64,000 bases of DNA from Azolla caroliniana (taxonomy: Eukaryota; Plantae; Polypodiophyta), in contig JBHGNT010000001.1 in NCBI GenBank assembly GCA_043228905.1, positions 24,738,001 to 24,802,000 of the forward strand, given 5' to 3'. This document shows positions 51,462 to 61,100 of the stretch, piece by piece. Each line of letters begins with the position of its first letter. The first letter of the stretch is position 1. Below the pieces are notes generated by a model. That model was not told the DNA's origin. It worked only from the letters and a program-made list of their open reading frames with translations, and did no database searches. Position numbers and translations under genes: made by a program.

Positions 51462-54061
51462 ACAGAGCAACAACAGCAGAAGCAGATGGAGCAACTGCCC
51501 GATGAACCGTTGGAACCCCTGGACTAGAGTATTCTGGATATTTTGGAAAATGAGTGAAGGGGCTAACCCGTGGGTTCGACGTACAAGGTATTATCGCACG
51601 GGCGTGCCATGTGTTGGCCGGTTAGGCTAAAGTATGAAAGCGGAGCCGGTTTTGGGATAAAGGGAGTTGTAATAAGAATGAATTATTATAATTATAAGAT
51701 CGAACGGATGGACCCGGAATTGGTATGCCGATCTAGATCCGGACCGGTTCGTAGCCGGTTGCCGGTTGGCACCGGTTTGTAACACAACCGGATACCTATA
51801 AAAGGATCCGGATATGATGTAAACAGAGACAGATAATGAATAGAGGAATGTTGTTATTTTCATATCTTGTCTATCCTATTATTTCCGTTCTGTGCTTAAT
51901 AATGTTTATTCTACGCGCGTAATTAATCGATCAGGATAACAATTGGAAGAGGGACGACTTTGTGTTACGGTCCTTCCATCCCTTACCGTACCACCCCTTT
52001 GGTGAAGTGTTCCAGAAGGACACCCTGTGTTAGTGGCTTGTCCAACCCAGGATTAACAATAATAACGTTTTCTTAATATGTAGATGTTGTGTATTAATAC
52101 TCGATGCCTTATTGTCTCTACTAGAAATCGTGTCGAGGCAAGAAACCAGGAGAAGTCAAGGATATACACGACTTCCCAACATCCTTCCTTGCACATCTCG
52201 AGAGAGCCAGAAAAGAAAAAGAACCTTGCTTAGTCAAGGTATATGAAATGGAAGAAGATAGCTCTTTCAAAAAAATTAGCCACAAGAAAGAAATTACGAA
52301 AGATCTCTACTATTATGTGATTTGTGGTGACATCGTTGAGATGATCCAGAAAGTGCCAAAGAAAGAATATACACTATTGATTGCAGATATTCCTTATGGA
52401 TTTCGAATGGCTGGATCATCATATGATGATGAACCTTTTAGGTTCAAACAATTAGAAAAAATGGTTAAGGATTTTGCTGAGCTAACGATTGCATCCTTGT
52501 GGAGGATAGTCGTGTTTCATAGATGGACCAAGGGTACTCGGTAGCTCAAGCGTTGAGAACTCGTTTCCACGACATCAAGAACCTTGCTTGGTAAGGATTA
52601 TTTATAAGAGTCATTCAGCATACCTTCGTTCCTAATTTATTGAATCTATTCTTAACTCTCCCAATATTTGTTATAGGATAAAAGCCAACGTCAATAGAGG
52701 ACCAACCTTTCGGTTCGTAAATGCCATTGAGTACATTACAATTGGCTCCTTCAATGAAATAAAGAAACAAAGAATCAAGGAGCATTCTAATGAAGTCGGA
52801 GTTTCAAACCTGCTGGAATAAAGAAACAAAGAATCAATGAGCATTCTAATGAAGTCGGAGGTCCAAACCTACTGGTATATCCAACTGTCACATGGAAATT
52901 GCGACATGTCACCATGACAGAATGGGGACTTGTCGACCCATACCAAAAACCTCAATGACTTATGATGCATTTGATCGAAATGTTCTCGAAAGAAGGAGAT
53001 TGGATATTAGACCTATTTTCTGGCACAGGTATTCCTCGAACTAGGTTTACGTTATTGAGATAATCAATACTGATTTTATGGTTCGATAACTAAGTCTTCT
53101 TGCCCTTTTCTTTACAGGGACAACATCTGCATGCGCATTGAAGCTCTTCAAAAACACTGTAGCATTGGAGAAGGACAAGGAGTAGGTTATATTTATAAAT
53201 ATGAGGATTAAGGCCTTGTGGGAATGCCCAGACTAGGACGAGGAGGTCGGTGCAAAGCACATCATTGATATGGAAAGGTTTCAACCGGCTTCACGCGAGC
53301 CTATTCCTCCGTTAGCTGGGGAACTGGGGGAGCTAATTGAGCTTGATAACGACCTTATAGAAGATCTTACGGTTGCTCGGCTAACAGGGAAAGACAATGC
53401 ACAAATAGCTGATGAGACTTCTCTAAGGGATGAAGAGGATAATGACGTTGATTATTTGATTGTTATGTAATAGAATGTTTTGTTGATGAAGTGTAAACTT
53501 ATACTTGGTTTGGTGACTTATGACATCGGTTTCATCGCATCTATTGTTGACTCTAATATGGAGAAACATGAATTAGTTAACCTTAAGGTTGATTTCGGTC
53601 AAACTTTACCTAAACATATTATCCTCGTTGAATGGTCATCAAGACTGTCCATGTCGTTAATTGAGATCGGTTGTCGAGACTGTCAAACTGTCAGTCCATA
53701 TATTATGGATCTTTGTCTTCTATTGCTGCTTAGAATGTGTAGTGTGTTCTTAATTATCAAACTATTATGTTTGTTTGTCTTCCATTGTTGCTTACATTGT
53801 GTAGTGTGTTGATAATGGTCGATGCACATTGTCCCATTAGTTGCACGACCTTGGAGTACACCTCTCATCAATATCCACATGTTTCATACTCTTGTAGTCC
53901 CACTAGTGTTATCCTTCAAAGTTCAATCCCATGTGAATCACCTAAGGATTAGATTAGATAAACTTTAAACACAAGTATTGAAAGCCTTAATAAGTTAGTT
54001 ATTTCAATCACATTATCCTAAGGTTCACTATCTTACATTGTCCACAATTATATACAACGAG

Positions 54062-55028
54062 CATAGATTGACATATTCGCATTCGTGGGGGTTACCATAC
54101 GAATACATACGAATACGCATTAGAATACATGAAAAAATATTCGTTAAAAAAAAAGAAAAAAAAGAGTTTCTACTTTTTAGTTTCTAATATATATATCATA
54201 TAACAAAGAGACTTTCACATTAAATATGGGATATTTAACTTGACATTAAAAAGGAGGCTTACACTAAATAATATTTTTATATAATAAATGGAAAACTTAA
54301 AACTTTAAAAGTTAAAAGTATTTATTTTATTTTTAATAAATATAAAATAATAATTAATAATAAATAAAAGGTTCATTAATTTCCCACTTTACTCTCCCAC
54401 AAAAATTGATATGTTTATCTGTTATTAAAAGGGAACCTCTTACTAATAATATGTTTATAATATATATAAAACTTAAATGTATTTGTTTTATTTTTTAATA
54501 AAACGAAAAATAAATAAATAAATGTAAATAAATTAACTAAATAAAAGGTTCCCATAAATTTTATATTTTTATTTCACATTAAAAAGGGGAACTCACACTA
54601 ATAATATTTATCAAACTTAGATTTATATGTTTTAATTTTTAATAAAACAAAAAATAAAATAAATATATGTAAAATAAATAGAATAAAGAAAAGGTTCTCA
54701 CAAAATTTTACATTTTTATCACACATTAAACAGGGGACCTCACACTAATAATATTCTTATAATACATGAAAAACTTTAAAGTATTTGTTTTATTTTTAAT
54801 TAAAAAAAAAAAAAGGTTCATTAATTCCCCACTTTTTACTCTCTTGACATTAAAAAGGGGACCTTAGCCTAATAATATTTATATATATAATATATAAATT
54901 TATTTTTTTAAATAATAAATAAATAAATGAATGGTTCTGTAATATTCTTGGGGTCATTTTGTATTCCCGAATTTTATGAATATTACGGATGTCGAATATT
55001 ACGAATTTCACGCATGGGTCAATCTATG
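54062..55028. mobile_element. AT-rich non-autonomous TIR element (hAT-like MITE) with internal imperfect tandem repeats
   Basis: 11-bp TIR CATAGATTGAC / GTCAATCTATG with subterminal CGAATA/TATTCG motifs. Flanks ACAACGAG / GATACGAG may be a degenerate 8-bp TSD. Repeated CATTAAAA..GGGA..CACTAATAATAT units. Confidence 0.65.
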
Positions 55029-56379
55029 GATACGAGTATGGGTCAAACCATAAATTATAACTCATTTTATTAGCATGGATACAATTACACCTCATATTTT
55101 TGCAAAACCTACCAAACAAATATAAGTCTTCATATGAGTGTTTGCCATGTCGCACAAAAGTGTGATATTGAGCCATTGTTGAACTTTATTATAATGGCAT
55201 TAATATATCCACACATCCAAAGTTAAGTGAATTTCACATGTTCTCCACTCGGAGACCTATCATGTTTTATTAATTTTGTAAATTCTAATCAAGTTGTGGA
55301 ACATGTGATACTACTGCATCCAATTTTTGTAGAGAGGGTATATTTGGATATTTACAAAAGGAATTTACATGTGGAATACTCGAGCCTTCCACTTGTGAAC
55401 GCGAACGTGTTTGTGGAAGTTATTCAAGAAAAACAACAAAATTATGCACAATATACCACCAAAATTTTAATGTGGAAAATCCTCAAAGATTTATAAAAAA
55501 CCATGAAACCAAGTCTAGAAACAATTGACTATCAATTAGTAAAATTCATACACCAAACTTCTATTGTAAAAAATTTCCTCCCAAAACTTAAACCCAACCA
55601 ACAAGGCAAAGAAGAACACAAAAAAACACATATTGCGTGGCTAGTGATGGAGTTGGTGATGTCCAAAAATGTCGACGTTTAGTTGTACTTAGGAGGCGTT
55701 GATGGTGAAGGCAAAGAAATTGAATATGAGCTCTTGAAAATTCTATTCCACTCTCTAACAAAAATATGCCTATAAATTTCTCGCTTTTTAAAAGTGAATA
55801 CACATGTAAATACATGTAAGTGTGAACATTCACATTGTATTAAAAATAATAACATTTATGCATCTAGAGCCATTCACACATGAAGACTCACAAGAAAACT
55901 TACGAAGTTATGAAATTCTAGATTGAGGCTTAGACCAACTTTTTCTTCAACATTTATACAAGAAAGGTGTTTGATGGATGATAGCATGGAGTGGGGCTTG
56001 GAAGTCTACCCAATAGTAGAGCATCTAGTTATGCTACCATATTTGCCTGAGGAACTAAGGCTTTTATAAGTTGTAGGACTTGTAACGCATCAGGGATGTA
56101 CTTGGTTGGAGTCTATTTGTGATACCTTTTTGAAAGCGTGGCCAAGTAACATTTTGATAGACAAGCCAAAAATGTACTTTATCAATTTCAAGTTGAATCT
56201 TGCTTTGCAACATTTGTTGATGTATAGTGATGGCTGGTTTAGATGATGCCAAGAAATGCAAAACCATTGAGAAAAACTTTGCACAAATGTATGGTTCAAA
56301 GACATTTAGATTATTATGCGTTGCATGGTTGATGGTGCAATCTTAAGGCCGAACATCTTGATTAGTGTGACAATCAAAT

Positions 56380-56610
56380 CCTTATTTGTAACAAACACAA
56401 CTTCCTCCTAATCTTCTAGGGCCATTTATATATGGTAGACTCATTACAGTCATCTAGAAAACCATATGGGTAATGACTCGTGATATTGTCTAGGATGCTG
56501 TTAGTGAAGGGGAAAGCATCATACATGGTCATTACCTTTAATACTAATACTTGAAACATACTTGGATTTTGGTCTTCCTTTTTGGGTTGATGACTATCAG
56601 GCTCAACCAT
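56380..56610 (-). mobile_element. Highly decayed gypsy RT remnant
   Basis: DAFPFTNSILDNITSHYPYGFLDD resembles gypsy RT D.FPLP.ID..LD..GH..YSFLDG. Confidence 0.45.
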
Positions 56611-58115
56611 GTGGCCTTTTGACGAGTTGATGAAGTCGACGTGATGAAGTCTATCTCCATGTAGTTGGGTTCATCTCATGTTTGTATTGTTGGATTAACA
56701 TTGTTTTCATTATGTAGGTGAATCTTATTTTGATAAAATTTGGGGTCCAAACCTTGCGTATCCTCATAGGAACAATCATATACATCCTTATGGCCACCAA
56801 CCCTTGTTGGAAAGGAGCCAAAACTGTGCCCATTTCAAAATTCCCCTCTTTTAAGCCTAGTTTCTTGCATGCACTAGGAGATTAATGGTTCTTGTTTGAG
56901 AGCCTTGAGGCTTTCACCAATTGTACGAGTGAATAGGTTGTTGGGTTAGGTCCATGGCTATTGTGGAGTTACTTGGAACAAGATGCATAAGAGCTATGAG
57001 AGAAGCAATGATTAGCTAGGATTGATTGTGGTTCTGTCCCAAAATGGTCATGTATGGAGCTTCACCGTCGACTTCTTCAAGTGGAATATGGTGGTTTTTT
57101 TTGGATGATGAGGTCCTTAATCAACATGAAGATTCATAAATCTCTTGATTAAGGATGAGTGTACAAATGCGGTTGGTGGTAGTGGATTGGCCATCAACTT
57201 GTATATTTTCAAGATCATGAACTCAATTTTCAATGTTTTTTTTGCACTAACTTGATTATACTTGGATGTAGCGCATTGAGGATGCTAGCATAACAATAGC
57301 AAATTAATATTTGTTTATATGTTGATGTTTAGAGGACAAGACTTCATGGCATGCTTGTTTGCATTTTGAAGTTTGAACAATGTTAACGAAGTCTTTGAAT
57401 GCGTCTCTCAAATGGGGGTACATGCATCGGGCACAAGTGATGTCTTAGTATTGCCGCGAATAGTTACAATAACAATATTTGAAGTAAAAAAACAAATGTG
57501 TAGAAGCACCCAAGGTAGGAACATTAACAATGTAGTCCACATCTATTTATAACATGTATTCTTAGTTCTATGCAACAGTCCAACTTTTATTGAGAGGTCA
57601 TTGGGTTTATGGCAGTGCCTAGATACTCTCTTGATAATAGACAATTTACATTATAGTTAAAATAAACAATACTAATTAAACAATTAAACACTTTCCTAAA
57701 TCTCTAGCAATATGGGGTTAACCATTTATCACTAAATAGTGATCTAGTACTAGTTACCACCAAAAAGACTAAGACTAAGGTGGCTTTATAATTGCAGTTT
57801 CAAGATTCCTTGGTGCTATTTTCTATGGTGTTTTCACAAACATGACAGTAGCACCAGTTATACATAGCACTATTTTTCGGCTTGTTCTTACATTATTACT
57901 CTAAACTAATACTACTATGTGGAGATTATTAGCAAAAGAGGTGACTAAGGGTGAAAGAATGAATTTGTCAGTATTATCTCTTAAAAGTCCCCACGGTCAT
58001 TATCCATTGGCACAATCAATAATAGAGAGAAATGCAACAAATCAATGGTGATCCATTAAATGTTTTTGTTAAATTACATTTACATTTTCCAAAAATATAG
58101 AGAAACGTCAGAAGG

Positions 58116-61100
58116 TTAAAATATCGTTGAATGTTGCAAAAGATGCCAAACAAAAATGTCATTCCAAACGTCGGTAACCCCTGGCAAGCACCAATGCATA
58201 CAATCCTCGTGTAGCTTTCCAGCTGATAAGGATGGGTGTGCATCTGCCCTTAATGAGCTCAAGTAAGAGATGTTGAGAAGCTGAAAGCTAGTACCTTGGA
58301 TAGACTTTGCAAGATGCATATTCACAAGGGCCATTTCTACATTGGGGCCATGCTCTTCAGGAGAAAAGAAAGTATTTGCCTAAAAACAAAGCCAACCAAA
58401 AGTAACACAATACATAAGAACAAAGTGACAATTTTAAGGGAAAAACACCACAAAACCCTTACTTTTTGGGTATTTGACCAGAAAACCTCTAGCTGTCAAA
58501 ATTAACAAGAAATCCCTACACAGTACAACCTTTATGAAGCTCATAGTTTTCAAAAACTCACAGTTATCCTAATAATATCTCACTATGGCCTTGCCTTGAA
58601 AGGCGATTTTTTCTCCTGCTAAGGGAAGGGCCAGTAGAACATTTAGGGTCTATTTTAGAGTAAGGTTTTGGTTGAATCTTTAAGGTTAAGGGTTTAGAGT
58701 GGTTTTAGGGTTTGGAAATGTTTTTATTATCAAGAATTGAATCACATGATGACATACATACCTCCTCTGCACTCAATGGTTTATGCCGGTGGCATTTACC
58801 ACCCTCATTCCAATCACCACCTTCAAAATGGCGAGGAGATTGGGTTCGAAGAAATTTCAACTTGTTGGGTCCCATCTCGTTATCTATGTATGCAAGCTGC
58901 AATGGAAAAAATATATGTTACAATGCTTTTTAACCATAAATCAGAAAATATCACTTATTCAGAAATGACAGAAGTCTGCACTACAATGTCTTCAAACTAT
59001 CTTAACCAGGTTTGCCTGTTATGTTGCCTAATCCTGAATTGACATAATTGCAGTTATGTGAGAAGGTTGCAGTTACCAGGCTCAGGCAAGAAGTGATACC
59101 ATGTTTTTTAACACTAGGTCAAGGCCTTCTTCAGGTGATTTGGTAGGTATGATAGGTTCTCCCTTCTCAAAGAAAAGCAGAGGTGTTTTCACCGGATCAA
59201 ATTTCTCAGGTGCCCACCACCTAAACATATAATAAAAAGTCTTTTAGGAAAGAGACCTAGTCCTTCAAAAATCAACATTATCCTTAAGAACGGCATCTCA
59301 ACTTCTAAGAACCTTTAAAAAACAACATAAACCACCATGTCAACATGCTAATCTTAAAAGTCTTTAAGAAAGAGACATTCTAACATTGGAAAGAAAATTA
59401 TAAAACTCTATCCCATGACATTTATATTAGATTGAAAGGTGTGTTTACCAGTGACCTGTATTTAAAACAAGTATATCATGAAAGCGAGGAGCCTCTTCCC
59501 AAGTACTCTGCGGGACATCCACATCCACCCTGAATCCTTCTTTGTAACCCAAGCTCTCGAGTTCACCACTTCTCTTTGCTGCCCATCTGATAAAAAGTTT
59601 AAAATCATGAGGACTTAAATAATTGTTTTCCCACCAATTTTATTAGGTTCACACCAAATTTCAATCTAGCATTGGAACATGCAAACTTAGGGTTCAATAA
59701 ACTTAGATTTATGAGAACATGCAACAATGCCTTGCATGGCCCTTTAAAGGAAAATGAAAAGAAATTCGTTGAAGAAAATTCCTAAAAAATTCTTCTTCAC
59801 AAGCACAATTACAATTTAAATTCTCAATTTTGATCTTGATTTACTGGTTGACGTAAAAGCATCACCAAGTGGGACTTTTGAGAGCTATTTCTGGAATGTA
59901 GAAAAAACTGAGAACGCAAACCTGATGGGTATTGGATATTATCCATGGAGACGCAAGAGTTAAGAATCAAGGAGCATATTCGTAAGCTTCATAAGAAATT
60001 GATTATAACATGCATGCCTGGTGAAAATTGATGATAAATGTAATCATACTGATACCCGTAAGGGCATATTCATGTTCCACTTCCTGCCTCTGAACAAGTC
60101 TAGCACAGAGCACTAGAGAGAATATACTTCATAAACTACGGGAATGGAGCCACTTCCTGCTTTTGAACAATTCGAGCTCAAAGACATCAAAACAAACCGT
60201 GGGAATTAGGTCACTTCCGAATTTAGGTTGACCAATTTTTGATGTTTTATGTGCAACATCCTTAAGCAAAGTTTAAAGAGGTTCATAAAGAATTATCACA
60301 TTTGTATGACATTTGCTCTGATGAGATTATTATGCTATACGAGAAACCAAGCTGTGAAGCTAAGACAGTTACATATAGCATGTAGATTCTAGCACGATGG
60401 CTATGGCTGTAAAGCTATCAAGATTGACAAGTTGAATTACATACACTTTCATATCCAAGTTGAAAGGGTACACAAGTCCTCAAATAATCCTTGGACAGGA
60501 AATTACAAAATACCAATCTAGCATTGGAAAATGAAGACATTCTTCTGAGCACTAGAGAATCTAGAAAGTTTGAAACTTAAAAAACATTCTTTGGTGTTCA
60601 AATTTTCACTAGTCATGATCACTTCCAAACACAAAATATGATAGATAATCTTAGAACAATAACGTTCAGATGTGAATGAAAATACTCTTTATTGTTTAAT
60701 GTTAAGCACCCATATTAGCTAATGGAAGAATAATTGAGTAGAAATAATTGAAAGTTGGTATAATTGATCTAGAAACTTCCATCATGTTATGGATGGCTAC
60801 CCTTATCCAGTAGCAATATCATCTCTTATCTCATTATTACTTCCAGTCTATTTTATGTGATATCTACAGATTTTGTAAAGCAAGTATTTTATTCTTAATT
60901 TAACTCTTATAAGTATACTGTGATATAGTAACTGCTTGATGCTTGATGACTTCAACTACAAAAATTCTCTCTAATGACTCAGTACAAATGAAAAACATGT
61001 CAGCTTTAAATATCATGAGTTGTAGAGAAAGCACTGTAACATCAACTTTTTGTAAGCATATTTGGATTTCACAACCCTCACTACTTTCAGTTATCAAACA

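Larger units (their letters stand above)
42807..52058 (+). mobile_element. Non-autonomous gypsy (Tat-like/LARD) LTR element: LTRs 42807-43239 and 51612-52058, tRNA-Arg-like PBS, TSD ATAAT
   Basis: TGTT(A/G)GCCGG...GATTAACA LTR pair with ATAAT at 42802-42806 and 52059-52063. PBS TGGCGACCACGATGGGA at 43246. The interior encodes only decayed coiled-coil/acidic ORFs and no pol. Confidence 0.88.
42228..53470 (+). pseudogene. Intron-containing beta-class N4-cytosine/N6-adenine DNA methyltransferase pseudogene (5' end missing), split by the 42807-52058 LTR element
   Basis: Exons: ~42228-42570, ~42647-42785, 52125-52590, 52677-53028 and 53118-53470. The last three introns are GT-AG and phase-consistent. 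Motifs in order: ICGDIVEMI, LIADIPYG (DIPY 52386-52397), AWIKAN..FVNAIEYI, DPYQKPQ*LMMHLIEMFSKEGDWILDLFSGTGTTSACALKLFKNTVALEKD. Inactivated by stops, a frameshift at ~52522 and a 59-bp duplication. Confidence 0.85.

Noticed and set aside
52125-53470. Bacterial contamination as the source of the MTase
   Set aside because: The gene has spliceosomal introns, plant LTR insertions with a TSD, and is contiguous with plant genes.
53480-53952. Possible third cargo ORF downstream of the MTase
   Set aside because: Short ORFs with non-ATG starts and no recognisable motifs or splice structure.
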